64,000 nt of DNA from an uncultured Bacillota bacterium (GCA_905212975.1 CAJMGO010000004.1:4044-68043), one strand, 5' to 3'. Positions 27,709-38,620 are shown, numbered from the stretch's first letter. Notes: generated from the sequence alone by a model not told the origin. Made by a program: numbers and translations.

Positions 27709-28713
27709 ATGAAGAAGAGAAAGAATAAGAAGAAAATTATAATATTTTTATTTATAATATTATTATTGATTTTATATTTAATTATTTTATTTTTAAATTA
27801 TAAGAATGCAATTAACTTAAAAAGAAAAGCAGATGAAGTGCTAATTACAGTAGATAAAGATTTATCTATTACAAAAAAGTATAATGAATGTATTACGAAG
27901 AAATACACCGAATCTGATATGACAGATGAAATAAAAAATAAGATAGAAGAAATAGATAAATATATAAAGGAAAATTATGAAGCAAGTGTGTATTATGAAG
28001 ATATTAATACTGGTTTTAAATATACTTATAATGAAAATACAGTTTACTATGGTGCAAGTTTGATTAAACTAGTTGAAGCTATGTATATTTTTGATGAAGC
28101 AGAAAAGGGTAATATAGATATAAATGATACATTAACGTATACAGCCAAATATAAAAAAGCTTATAGTGATGGTATGGAAAAGCATAAAATAGGTGATGAT
28201 GTATCTATAAAAGAATTAATAAGTTATGCTATTATGTATAGTGATAATAGTGCTCATTTTATGCTAAGTGATTATATAGGTACTGATAATCTTAAGGCTT
28301 ATGGTAAAAAATTAGGTGCTAAATATACATTGTATGGAACTGACACTTTTGGTTCACAAACAGCATATGATACTAATATATATTTGAAACATGCTAACGA
28401 AATAATAGAAAATAGTAAAGAATATGGACCACTTTTAAAACAATATATGATGAATACTTATTATAATTCTCTTTATTTAACTGATAAAGATAGCAATAAT
28501 GTAGCGCATAAATATGGATGGTATAGTTATTATTATCATGATATTGGAATAGTATATGAAACAAGACCTTATTATATATCAATTTTAACTTTGCATGGAA
28601 ATGATGATTATGAAAAAGTTGTTAGAAATATACATAAAAAAGTAAATGAATTACATCATCTATATTATAAAAATAGACAACAAGTATGTAAAGATAAAAT
28701 ATATGGTAATTAA
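27709..28713 (+). CDS. Membrane-anchored class-A beta-lactamase-like serine hydrolase
   Basis: N-terminal TM, then S-L-I-K (SxxK), YSDNSA (SDN) and HKYGW (KxG) motifs in class-A order. Confidence 0.5.
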   Translation: MKKRKNKKKIIIFLFIILLLILYLIILFLNYKNAINLKRKADEVLITVDKDLSITKKYNECITKKYTESDMTDEIKNKIEEIDKYIKENYEASVYYEDINTGFKYTYNENTVYYGASLIKLVEAMYIFDEAEKGNIDINDTLTYTAKYKKAYSDGMEKHKIGDDVSIKELISYAIMYSDNSAHFMLSDYIGTDNLKAYGKKLGAKYTLYGTDTFGSQTAYDTNIYLKHANEIIENSKEYGPLLKQYMMNTYYNSLYLTDKDSNNVAHKYGWYSYYYHDIGIVYETRPYYISILTLHGNDDYEKVVRNIHKKVNELHHLYYKNRQQVCKDKIYGN

Positions 28714-28782
28714 ATTAGTTAAAAATTAAAAGTTAACTAATTTTTTTTAATTTATAACATATTCTTTTATTAGAGGTGAATT

Positions 28783-29931
28783 ATGAAGAAAGTATTATGT
28801 TTCTTATGTTTGTTTTTTATTGCATTTAGTGTAAAAGCAGAAGAGTCAAAAGTAGATTATACTTTAGCTCAAAATGCAGAAAGTGCTATATTGATTGAGG
28901 CATCAACTGGTAAAATATTATTTGAAAAAAATTCTCATGAAAAATTATCTCCAGCTTCTATGACCAAAATGATGAGTATGCTTCTAGTAATGGAAGCAAT
29001 AGAAAATGATGTTATAAAATGGGATGATATTATTACTGTATCACAAAGAGCTTCTTCTATGGGAGGAAGTCAAATACTTCTTGAAGTTGGAGAAAAAATG
29101 AGCGTAGAAGATTTATTTAAAGGTGTTGCTGTGGGTAGTGCAAATGATGCTGTTGTAGCACTTTCAGAAGCTGTAGCTGGAAGTGTTGAAGAATTTGTAG
29201 AAATGATGAATAAAAGGGCAAGTGAATTAGGTTTAACAGATACAAATTTTAAAAATCCACATGGACTTGATGAAGTAAATCATTATTCTTCAGCGCATGA
29301 TATGTCCATTATAGCTCGTGAGTTATTAAAACATGAAAAAGTATTGGAGTTTTCATCAATATATGAAGATTATTTAAGAAAAGGTACTGATCGTGAATTT
29401 TGGTTAGTTAATACAAATAAACTTGTTAGATTTAATCCTATTGTGGATGGATTAAAAACTGGTTATACAAAAACTGCAGGATACTGTTTAACAGCTACAG
29501 CTAATAAGAATAATATGAGACTTATATCAGTAGTAATGAAAGAACCAGATACTACTACAAGAAATAGTGAAGTAACAGAAATGTTAGATTATGGATATGC
29601 TAAATATAAATTAGAAAAAGTTGTAGATAAAAATGATGTATTAAAAGAAATAAAAATCTCTAAAGCAAAAGATGAAACTGTAAAGATTGTACCAGTTAAT
29701 GATGTAAATATAATAATGAATAAATCTACGAAGCTTGGAAATATTACATATGATTTAAATATAAATAAAATAACTGTACCCACTAAAAAAGGTACATGTG
29801 TTGGAAAATTAAGTATAAAAGAAAACAATAAAATTGTTGATACTATTAATGTAACTATAAAAGAAGATGTAACTAAAGTAAATATATTTAAACTTTATTT
29901 AAGAACATTAAAAGATATTATTACAGGATAA
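28783..29931 (+). CDS. D-alanyl-D-alanine carboxypeptidase (peptidase S11; DacB/DacF-like)
   Basis: Signal peptide. SMTK (SxxK), SANDA (SxN) and KTGYT (KTG) motifs, plus a C-terminal beta-sandwich domain. Confidence 0.8.
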   Translation: MKKVLCFLCLFFIAFSVKAEESKVDYTLAQNAESAILIEASTGKILFEKNSHEKLSPASMTKMMSMLLVMEAIENDVIKWDDIITVSQRASSMGGSQILLEVGEKMSVEDLFKGVAVGSANDAVVALSEAVAGSVEEFVEMMNKRASELGLTDTNFKNPHGLDEVNHYSSAHDMSIIARELLKHEKVLEFSSIYEDYLRKGTDREFWLVNTNKLVRFNPIVDGLKTGYTKTAGYCLTATANKNNMRLISVVMKEPDTTTRNSEVTEMLDYGYAKYKLEKVVDKNDVLKEIKISKAKDETVKIVPVNDVNIIMNKSTKLGNITYDLNINKITVPTKKGTCVGKLSIKENNKIVDTINVTIKEDVTKVNIFKLYLRTLKDIITG

Positions 29932-30012
29932 TATCTTTTTATAATACTTAGAATATTATTTTAGATATTTTTATCAATATAATGAATTATATGTTATAAT
30001 TATATATAGATT
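29911..30012 (+). repeat. Repeat copy 1: gene-end (KDIITG*) + 11-bp-stem terminator hairpin + promoter cassette
   Basis: AAAGATATTAT-TACAGG-ATAATATCTTT hairpin overlapping the dac stop, then ~75 bp that is >90% identical to 33431-33505. The cassette contains an extended -10 TGTTATAAT at about 29990. Confidence 0.8.
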
Positions 30013-30044
30013 AGATAGAATAATTTGAAAGTGAGACTTTTATT

Positions 30045-30698
30045 ATGAAGAAGAAAATAATAATCATTACTACTTTGATAATGTTAATATTAATAATTAT
30101 TATTTTATATACACTATATTATTTTAATTATATTCCACATAAAAAATATACAAATACAGATTTTAATATAAAAACTTATAAAAGCAATATTGATAAAGAT
30201 AATGACGGTATAGATGATCAAACAGATATATTAAATAATGCAAAAAATTATATAGAAAAAAAGCCTAAATATAGGAGTAAATATTATGAAACAGGTTATC
30301 CTGATGATGAATATGGAGTTTGTACTGATGTAGTAGCTTTTGCATTAAAAGATGCTGGATATGATTTAATGACCTTAGTAAATGAAGATATCAAAGCCAA
30401 TAAAGATTTATATGATATAAATGTTATTGATAAAAAAATAGACTTTAGAAGAGTTCAAAATTTAAAAATATATTTAGATAATAATGCTATAAGTCTTACT
30501 ACAGATATAAATAAAATAGATAAGTGGCAAGGTGGAGATATTGTTGTATTTAAAAAACATATCGGAATAGTGTCTGATAATAGAAATAAAAAAGGAATAA
30601 GTTTCATTATACATCATGCTAGTCCTTATCAAAGATATTATGAAGAAGATATTTTAGAATATAGAAAAGATATAGTTGGTCATTATAGAATTAGTTAA
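30045..30698 (+). CDS. Membrane-anchored hypothetical protein, possibly a papain-like (NlpC/P60 or DUF1287-type) hydrolase
   Basis: N-terminal TM. Conserved-looking Cys (YGVCTDVVAFAL) and downstream His (KKHIGIV, IIHHASP) in Cys...His order. Weak evidence. Confidence 0.3.
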   Translation: MKKKIIIITTLIMLILIIIILYTLYYFNYIPHKKYTNTDFNIKTYKSNIDKDNDGIDDQTDILNNAKNYIEKKPKYRSKYYETGYPDDEYGVCTDVVAFALKDAGYDLMTLVNEDIKANKDLYDINVIDKKIDFRRVQNLKIYLDNNAISLTTDINKIDKWQGGDIVVFKKHIGIVSDNRNKKGISFIIHHASPYQRYYEEDILEYRKDIVGHYRIS

Positions 30699-30743
30699 GA
30701 GTTTTAAAAAAATTAAAAAATAATAAATTGGAGATGGTGATAA

Positions 30744-33293
30744 ATGTATTCTAAAAGAAAAGAAGATATATTAAAAATTTTGAATAGTAATATTTCTGGA
30801 TTAGATAGTAAAGAAGCAAATAAAAGATTAAATGATTATGGAAAAAATATTATTTTAAATAAAAAGAGAAAACCATGGATTTTAAGATTTTTAAAACAAT
30901 TTAATGATACAATGATTATTATATTATTAGTAGTAGCATTGCTTTTATATTTTTATGGAATTTTCTATTCTCATGAGTATACTGATACTATTGTTATTCT
31001 TTTTGTAGTTTTTATAAATGCTATTGTTGGATTTGTACAAGAGGAAAAAGCAACATTAATATTAAATGATTTAAAAAAATATGAAACTAGTACTTGCAAA
31101 ATAAAAAGGGATAATAAAATTATTGTAATAAATACTAAAGAATTAGTTCCAGGAGATATAATCTATTTAGAATCTGGAGAAACAGTTCCTGCTGATATTA
31201 GAATATTATCTTGTGAAAATTTGAAAGTAGATGAATCTACTTTAACCGGAGAAAGTGTTCCTGTTTTAAAATGTGAAGATGTTTTAGAAGAAAATTTAAT
31301 TCTTCAAGAACAAAAAAACATGCTATTTTTAGAAACAAGCATTACAAGTGGAAAATGTACTGGTATAGTTGTAAGTACAGGAAAAAACAGTGAGATAGGC
31401 AAGATTGCATTATCACTTAATGAAGTTGATACATTAGAAACACCATTACAATTAAAAATAAAAGAGCTTTCTAAAAAGATAACAATAATAGTATTTATTA
31501 TTTTAATATTTATCTTTATTTTAGCTTTAATAAATAAGTATACAATACTTGAAATTATAATGCTATGTTCATCTCTTGCAGTAGCTGCTATTCCAGAAGG
31601 ATTACCAACTGTAATTACAATAACATTGTCCATTGGAATATCTAATTTAGCAAAAAAGAAAACAGTGGTAAAACAAATGCAAGCAGTAGAAACACTTGGA
31701 GCTATAGACATTATTTGCTCTGATAAAACTGGTACTATAACACAAAATAAAATGACTGTTAAAGAAGAATATGTGTTAGATGAAAATATGCTTAATTATA
31801 TATGTGCTCTTTGTAATGATGGCCTTATTTATAAAGATAAATATGTTGGTGATCCTACAGAAACATGTTTGTATGACTATCTATACAATAAAAAGATTGA
31901 TCCACTTAAATTAAGAAAAAAATGTAACAGAATATTAGATATACCATTTGATAGTGATAGAAAGATGTTTACTACCTTAAATAAAATAGATAATGATATA
32001 TATATATTATGTAAAGGTAGTATGGAATCTTTGATAGAAAAAGTAAATTTAACTAAAAGTGAGAAAAATGATATTTTAGATAAAGTTAAATGTTTATCTA
32101 AAGATGCTCTAAGGACTTTAGGATTTGCTTATAAAAAAATAGATTATATACCAAAAAATATTAAAGAGTTAGAAGAAGAGGAAAAAGATTTATCTTTTGC
32201 TGGTATTCTAGGAATGATAGATCCGCCTAGAAAAAGTGTTAAGAAAAGTGTCCTTTTATGTAAAAAAGCTGGAATTAGACCAATTATGATTACAGGAGAT
32301 TCTATAGATACAGCAACTGCTATTGCCAAAAATGTTGGAATAATAACTAATGATAATGAAGCAATAATTGGAAGTGAACTTGATAAATATAATGATAATG
32401 AATTAAAAGACATAGTAAAAAAATATTCAGTATATGCAAGAGTTAATCCATCACATAAACAAAGAATAGTTTTTGCTCTTCAAAATAGTGGAAAAATTGT
32501 AGCAATGACCGGAGATGGAGTAAATGATGCTCCAGCTATTAAAGATGCTCATGTTGGTGTAGGAATGGGTATTACTGGTACTGATGTTACAAAGTCAGCT
32601 TCTGACATAGTATTAATGGATGATTCTTTTTCAACAATAGTTGTAGCAGTTGAAGAGGGTAGAAGAATATATAATAATATCAGAAATAATATAGTATTTT
32701 CATTATCAAGTAATTTTGCTGAAATATTTACTATTATTATAGGGTTACTTACTAAAAAAACAATTTTATTGCCAATTTATATCTTATTTATTGATTTGGT
32801 AACAGATTCTATTCCAAGTATATGTTTATCTTTTGAAAAAAGTGAAAATGATATAATGAATAAAAAACCAAGAGGTATTGATAAACCATTATTTACATCT
32901 TTTATTAAATCTTGTATTGCATCTTCAGCTATAATAGAAACTGTATTTGTAGTTTTTACATATTTTATTAGTTTAAAAAATTATGGACAAGAAACAGCTA
33001 TGTCTTTAGCGCTTCTTTCAATGGTAATTCAAGAAATTGTTTATTCAATTTCTTGTAGAAATCTAAAACAATCAATTATTAAACAAGGAATATTTTCTAA
33101 TAAACCAATGAACTATGGAATATTATTGATACTTTTAATTGAACTTATAGTGTTTATTACTCCTATAGGTAAATTAATAAGTATTACATCAATAGATATT
33201 AGATTAATTTTAGCTGTATCTATCATAAATTTAATGTCAATATTTATTTATGAATTAATTAAACCATTATTAGTAAAATGGTTTAAAGATTAA
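30744..33293 (+). CDS. P-type ATPase, Ca2+-transporting (type IIA)
   Basis: 849 aa. Motifs DKTGTITQNKMT (phosphorylation site), TGES, MITGD and MTGDGVNDAPA, with a 10-TM architecture. Confidence 0.85.
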   Translation: MYSKRKEDILKILNSNISGLDSKEANKRLNDYGKNIILNKKRKPWILRFLKQFNDTMIIILLVVALLLYFYGIFYSHEYTDTIVILFVVFINAIVGFVQEEKATLILNDLKKYETSTCKIKRDNKIIVINTKELVPGDIIYLESGETVPADIRILSCENLKVDESTLTGESVPVLKCEDVLEENLILQEQKNMLFLETSITSGKCTGIVVSTGKNSEIGKIALSLNEVDTLETPLQLKIKELSKKITIIVFIILIFIFILALINKYTILEIIMLCSSLAVAAIPEGLPTVITITLSIGISNLAKKKTVVKQMQAVETLGAIDIICSDKTGTITQNKMTVKEEYVLDENMLNYICALCNDGLIYKDKYVGDPTETCLYDYLYNKKIDPLKLRKKCNRILDIPFDSDRKMFTTLNKIDNDIYILCKGSMESLIEKVNLTKSEKNDILDKVKCLSKDALRTLGFAYKKIDYIPKNIKELEEEEKDLSFAGILGMIDPPRKSVKKSVLLCKKAGIRPIMITGDSIDTATAIAKNVGIITNDNEAIIGSELDKYNDNELKDIVKKYSVYARVNPSHKQRIVFALQNSGKIVAMTGDGVNDAPAIKDAHVGVGMGITGTDVTKSASDIVLMDDSFSTIVVAVEEGRRIYNNIRNNIVFSLSSNFAEIFTIIIGLLTKKTILLPIYILFIDLVTDSIPSICLSFEKSENDIMNKKPRGIDKPLFTSFIKSCIASSAIIETVFVVFTYFISLKNYGQETAMSLALLSMVIQEIVYSISCRNLKQSIIKQGIFSNKPMNYGILLILLIELIVFITPIGKLISITSIDIRLILAVSIINLMSIFIYELIKPLLVKWFKD

Positions 33294-33400
33294 TAATTAT
33301 CTTTTTAATATTTAAATTAAATTTTATAAAATGAAATATAATTTTTGAATATACTAAAAGAATTTTATTCAAAATATGAAAGAATAAGTAATATAAAGTA

Positions 33401-33505
33401 AAAGATATTATTACAGGATAATATCTTTTTATAATACTTAGAATATTAATTTTAGATTTTTTATCAATATAATGAATTATATAGTATAATTATATATAGT
33501 ATAGA
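33401..33505 (+). repeat. Repeat copy 2: remnant gene end (..VKDIITG*) + hairpin + promoter cassette
   Basis: Identical 28-nt hairpin and downstream promoter-like DNA as in copy 1. Only ~9 codons of the gene end are retained upstream. Confidence 0.8.
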
Positions 33506-33539
33506 TAGATAAATAGTAATTTGTTTGTTAGGAGGAAAT

Positions 33540-34112
33540 ATGAAAAAGAAAGCAATTATAGTTTTAATGACCGTTGCACTAATTATAAGTTGCATCATAA
33601 TATTATTTTTATTAAACAGAAAATACTCATATGAAGATGAGAACACATTGTATTATATAGAATTTAAAAACGAAATATTGAGATTTGAAAGATATGATTA
33701 TTCAACAGGCCAAAATCAAGTTGTCGTTGTTCAAAAAAGTACTGATAAAGGAAAAACTTTTGAAAATGTAACAAAAGAACCAATAATATTAAGTATGGAA
33801 CCTAAATTAATTTTTTTAGATAAAAATTTAGGATTTGCAATTGCTAAATCAAACTTAACAAAGAACAATGATTATATGGGATTTAAAGTAACACAAGATG
33901 GTGGCAAAAGTTTTATAAATAGTAAAATAAACTACTATAATCCTAATATTGAAATTTTAACGGTGGAATCAACACCATATTTTGAAAATGATGTTTTGAA
34001 AGTTAAATGTTCAATTTATCAAGTTAGAGAAGATAAAAATGGATATGAAGATGTAGAATTAATATTCATAAGTATTGATAATGGATTAAGTTGGGATTTA
34101 GATGACAAATAG
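33540..34112 (+). CDS. Secreted/membrane-anchored hypothetical protein
   Basis: 190 aa with an N-terminal hydrophobic anchor. RBS AGGAGG. Driven by the duplicated promoter cassette. Confidence 0.5.
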   Translation: MKKKAIIVLMTVALIISCIIILFLLNRKYSYEDENTLYYIEFKNEILRFERYDYSTGQNQVVVVQKSTDKGKTFENVTKEPIILSMEPKLIFLDKNLGFAIAKSNLTKNNDYMGFKVTQDGGKSFINSKINYYNPNIEILTVESTPYFENDVLKVKCSIYQVREDKNGYEDVELIFISIDNGLSWDLDDK

Positions 34113-34139
34113 TAATTGTAAAGTGAGGTAAATATTATG

Positions 34140-34530
34140 TGACAGAATATAGAACAAGAAATTCAAAACTGTAAAAAAATGGTAAAATTACAATTTTTAT
34201 TATTTGTGCTTTAATTATGATTTTAGTTTTCTGTTTCATTTTATTTAAATCATTTATTGTTGAACTTGCAAAAAAAGACTATTATTATATTGGTATTACG
34301 GAAAATAATAGAAGTAAAATAATAGAATTATTAGAAGAAAGAAATATAGAATATTGTGAATCAATTTACAAGATTGAATTTATGTAAAATTTACCAGATG
34401 ATAAAAGTGGAGAAATTTATTGTTTAGATAAAAAAATATTTATTTTATTATTGATGATTCGATGATGAAAAATGATTTAGTAGATTATATTAAAAATAAT
34501 GGTGTACATACAAAAGAATAAATTGCAATT
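34140..34530 (+). pseudogene. Degraded gene remnant(s): frameshifted fragments of a small N-terminally anchored protein
   Basis: Short ORF pieces (MVKLQFLLFVL*; MILVFCFILFKSFIVELAKKDYYYIGITENN...; ...LPDDKSGEIYCLDKK...; MMKNDLVDYIKNNGVHTKE*) lie in different frames around an A7 tract. They resemble N-termini of the flanking small secreted proteins. Confidence 0.3.
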
Positions 34531-34548
34531 TACTAAATAGGAGGAAGT

Positions 34549-35118
34549 ATGAAAAAGAAACTTTTAATTATTTTAGGATTTATATTAGTGATTTTGATAG
34601 TTGCAGGATTTGTTACAAGTTATATTGATAGTGCAAGAGTTAGAAATAGTGTTGAACCAAAGTTTACAATCAAAATAGTAAGCGAAGATGGAAAGAAGGT
34701 TACATATTGGGGATTAGGATATAAAGTTGTTCTATATCCAAGTGTTAGTCCGAACGAACCATTTAAAAATAATCGTGGTGTAAAGTATGGTAGTTGGTTT
34801 ATGAAATATAGCTTAGATAGATATGATGAAATCAGAGATGAAATAGATAAAGAACTAGAAAAATATATGAGTCTTGTTAGTCCAAATTGTCAACAAGGAA
34901 ATGGTGGTCAATTAATTACTCATGAAACTCTAGTGTTTAATGGTGGAATGGATAAGGATGTGTTGTTAGATATAGATAATGAATCATATTGTGGTTTATA
35001 TGTAAAAACATCTTGTCCAAAAGATGGAATAAATGAATGGAAAATATATCTAAGTTGTAATGACTATGAAGATGAAGAATATATAGAGTGGGCAAAAAAA
35101 TTTGAGCCAAAGAAATAA
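34549..35118 (+). CDS. Secreted/membrane-anchored hypothetical protein
   Basis: 189 aa with an N-terminal TM and four Cys. RBS AGGAGG. Confidence 0.5.
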   Translation: MKKKLLIILGFILVILIVAGFVTSYIDSARVRNSVEPKFTIKIVSEDGKKVTYWGLGYKVVLYPSVSPNEPFKNNRGVKYGSWFMKYSLDRYDEIRDEIDKELEKYMSLVSPNCQQGNGGQLITHETLVFNGGMDKDVLLDIDNESYCGLYVKTSCPKDGINEWKIYLSCNDYEDEEYIEWAKKFEPKK

Positions 35119-35262
35119 AAACAAATTACAATTTATCTAATTGTTCGTAATATAATAATATAACAAACATTCAAGCAGAAAAATCTGCTTTTTTTATTTT
35201 GTAACTTAGTTGTAACATTGATTATAATATAATGTTATTGTGAAAAGGAGGAATTGTTAGTT

Positions 35263-35934
35263 ATGGAAATTTTGAAAGTAGATAATTTAACTAAAATTTA
35301 TGGTAAAGATACAACAAAAGTTGTTGCATTAGATCATGTTTCTTTTTCGGTAGAAAAAGGTGAATTTGTAGCAATAGTTGGTGCATCAGGATCTGGTAAA
35401 TCAACACTACTACATTTAATTGGAGGTGTTGATCGACCATCTTCTGGCAAGGTGTTTATTGATGGTAAAGATATATTTAATTTTAATGATGATAAACTTG
35501 CTATATTTAGAAGAAGACAGGTAGGATTAATATATCAATTCTATAATTTAATACCTATATTAAATGTAGAAGAAAATATAACACTGCCACTTTCTTTAGA
35601 TAATCGTGAGGTTGATAAAGAAAAATTGAACGATATGTTAAAACTGTTAGGATTACAAAATAGAAGAACACATCTTCCTAATGAATTATCTGGTGGACAA
35701 CAGCAAAGAACAAGTATTGGTCGTGCTTTAATTACTAATCCTACAATTATACTAGCTGATGAGCCAACTGGTAACTTGGATTCTAAATCAAGTGATGAAA
35801 TAGTTGCTCTACTAAAAAAATCAAATAAAGAACTTAATCAAACAATTATTATGATTACTCACAATATGGAAATTGCAAAAGTGGCTGATAGGATAATTAA
35901 AATTGAAGATGGAAAAATTGTTGAGGAGGTATAA
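35263..35934 (+). CDS. ABC transporter ATP-binding protein (MacB/FtsE-like)
   Basis: Walker A GASGSGKST, signature LSGGQQQR, Walker B ILADEPTGNLD. RBS AGGAGG. Confidence 0.85.
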   Translation: MEILKVDNLTKIYGKDTTKVVALDHVSFSVEKGEFVAIVGASGSGKSTLLHLIGGVDRPSSGKVFIDGKDIFNFNDDKLAIFRRRQVGLIYQFYNLIPILNVEENITLPLSLDNREVDKEKLNDMLKLLGLQNRRTHLPNELSGGQQQRTSIGRALITNPTIILADEPTGNLDSKSSDEIVALLKKSNKELNQTIIMITHNMEIAKVADRIIKIEDGKIVEEV

Positions 35935-35936
35935 TT

Positions 35937-38558
35937 ATGAGCTTACTTAACAAATTGACAATTAAAAATCTTAAATTGAATAAGAAAAGAACAGTCGTTA
36001 CTATTATTGGTATTATGCTATCAGTTGCTTTAATAACAGCTGTAGCATCTATATACTCTAGTGGTATAAAATCATTAATTAAATACGAAACATGCGAAAA
36101 AGGAAACTTTCATACTGCATTTTACAATGTCCCTGTTAGTGATATCGATATATTTGAAAACAATAGAAATATAGAAACTATCAATATTACTAAAAATGTT
36201 GGTTATGCTAAAATAGACTCTAAAAATGAATATAAACCTTACGCTTTTATAAAGGCATTTACTAAAGATTCTTTAAAAAATTTATCTGTTAAACTGGTGG
36301 ATGGAAGGCTTCCTGAAAATGAAAATGAAATAGTTATACCGACTCATTTAAAAACAAATGGTAGATTATTTTTAAATATTGGTGATTCTATTACTTTAGA
36401 TATAGGAAAAAGAATTGATAATAGTAATTATGAATTAAATCAAAATAATCCATATCAAAAAAATGATGAAGAAGTTGGTGAATCTATAGTTGAAACAACA
36501 TCAAAAACATATAAAATAGTTGGTATTATAGGAAGACCAGCTACAAATATAGAAGGTTATTCTGCACCAGGATATACATTTATAACTTATCTTGAAGAAA
36601 ATAAAATAAATGGAATTGTTGATGTATATGCAAGATTTTCAAAAGATGGTGTAAAAAACAGTTATGAAACTATTGCTAATATATTAGGTGTTGATGCAAA
36701 ATTATTTAAGAAAGTTAATGATAATGAGAAACAAGCGTCAAATAAAGAATTAAAAGAATATCTAAATCAAATGGATAAAGCAAAATATAGTGATATAAAT
36801 GTTAATTCCTATTTAATTGCTTTAGAAACAAATCCTATTTCAAATAGTGGTATTGGCGGTTTAGGTATTGTTGTAGGAATTGTAATAGGAATAATTGTAT
36901 TTACTTCAATATTTTGTATAAAAAATAGTTTTGATATTTCTATTACAGAGAAAATAAAGCAATATGGTATGTTAAGAAGTATTGGAGCAACTAAAAGACA
37001 AATTAAAAGAAATGTTTTTTATGAAGCTACAATATTAGGATTAATTGGTATTCCATTAGGACTATTACTTGGTTTTATAGCATCATATATACTTATTATC
37101 ATAAGTAATTATTATTTAAATGGTTCATTTGCAGAAGGTTTAAAATTAGTATTTTCTTTTTCTTGGTTGTCTGTTTTAGTAGCCATAATACTTGGTATTG
37201 TAACTATATACTTCTCTGCATTTAGAAGTGCAAAACGAGCATCTAAAGTATCACCAATAGATTCTATTAGAAATAGTGCTAATATTAAAATAAATCCTAA
37301 AAAGATTAAATCACCAAAATTAATAAAAAGTATATTTGGTGTGGGTGGCGAAATATCATTTAAAAACTTAAAAAGAAATAAGAAAAAATATAGAACTACA
37401 GTTATATCAATAGTTGTTTCTGTATTTATATTTATTGCTTTATCAGGATTTATGAAATTGGCATTTCAACAAGTAGATCATGAATTAGAGATATCTGATT
37501 TTAATATTTCATTATCTACAACTATCACAAATAATGAATCTTATAATAAATTTATAGAAACTACTAGATTAGATAATATAGAAGATTATACAATATTTAG
37601 AAATAGTGAAATATCTTTTACAGGGAATCATTATAACAAAGAATATGCTAAGTTTTTAAATTTAGCATTAGATGAAAATAAACCTACATATGCATCTATA
37701 ATTTCTATTGGAGAAGAACAGTTTAAAAAGTATGTTGATTCATTAGGCTTAAATTATAATGAAATTAAAAATAAAGCTATTCTTGTTGATAAGGGATATG
37801 TTTCTAACTATAATAAAAACAATAAGTTAACTACTAAATATATGAGAGTATTTAACTTTAATAAAGGTGACATCATTGACGCCACTATCACTGATAAAGA
37901 TAAAAAAATAAAAATAGAAATTGGAGCAGTTTCTGATGTTAAACCTTTTGGATTTAAAGGTGTCGATGGGCAATATTTACTTATTAGTGATGAAATGTTT
38001 GATGCTAATTTTAAATCTAAATCATTAGCAATATATTATAAATCAAATGATGCTGATAAATTACAAGATGATCTTGATGATTTCTTAAAAGGCGAAGATT
38101 ATAACATTAATAATGTAGATGAAAATGTTAAAATAATGAGTAACTTATTTACTTTAGTAGGAATATTTCTTTATGGATTTATAATTGTAATTTCATTAAT
38201 CGGTATAACTAATATTTTTAATACTATTACTACTAATATGGAACTACGAAAACAAGAATTTGCTATGTTAAAATCAGTTGGTATGACAACAAAAGAATTT
38301 AACAGGATGATTCGATTAGAAAGTTTATTTATGGGTATTAAATCTCTATTCTTTGGTGTACCTATTGGAATAGCATTATCATATATTATTTATCATTTCT
38401 TATCAGAAGAATCAGGAATACCTTATAAACTTCCTATTGTAGCAATATTAATTGCTATAGCAGTTGTATTTATACTTATTTCGTTAATTATGAAGTATTC
38501 TATGAGTAAAATAAATAAGCAAAATACTATTGAAACAATTAGAAATGAGAATATCTAA
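35937..38558 (+). CDS. ABC transporter permease with duplicated FtsX domains
   Basis: 873 aa with two FtsX modules (YGMLRSIGATKRQI and FAMLKSVGMTTKEF), each followed by TM helices, and large extracytoplasmic loops. Starts 3 nt after the ATPase stop. Confidence 0.8.
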   Translation: MSLLNKLTIKNLKLNKKRTVVTIIGIMLSVALITAVASIYSSGIKSLIKYETCEKGNFHTAFYNVPVSDIDIFENNRNIETINITKNVGYAKIDSKNEYKPYAFIKAFTKDSLKNLSVKLVDGRLPENENEIVIPTHLKTNGRLFLNIGDSITLDIGKRIDNSNYELNQNNPYQKNDEEVGESIVETTSKTYKIVGIIGRPATNIEGYSAPGYTFITYLEENKINGIVDVYARFSKDGVKNSYETIANILGVDAKLFKKVNDNEKQASNKELKEYLNQMDKAKYSDINVNSYLIALETNPISNSGIGGLGIVVGIVIGIIVFTSIFCIKNSFDISITEKIKQYGMLRSIGATKRQIKRNVFYEATILGLIGIPLGLLLGFIASYILIIISNYYLNGSFAEGLKLVFSFSWLSVLVAIILGIVTIYFSAFRSAKRASKVSPIDSIRNSANIKINPKKIKSPKLIKSIFGVGGEISFKNLKRNKKKYRTTVISIVVSVFIFIALSGFMKLAFQQVDHELEISDFNISLSTTITNNESYNKFIETTRLDNIEDYTIFRNSEISFTGNHYNKEYAKFLNLALDENKPTYASIISIGEEQFKKYVDSLGLNYNEIKNKAILVDKGYVSNYNKNNKLTTKYMRVFNFNKGDIIDATITDKDKKIKIEIGAVSDVKPFGFKGVDGQYLLISDEMFDANFKSKSLAIYYKSNDADKLQDDLDDFLKGEDYNINNVDENVKIMSNLFTLVGIFLYGFIIVISLIGITNIFNTITTNMELRKQEFAMLKSVGMTTKEFNRMIRLESLFMGIKSLFFGVPIGIALSYIIYHFLSEESGIPYKLPIVAILIAIAVVFILISLIMKYSMSKINKQNTIETIRNENI

Positions 38559-38620
38559 TATAAGGAGCGAAAAGCTCCTTATATTGTGGTATAATATTAT
38601 GTAATGAAAGGAGCTAATAT

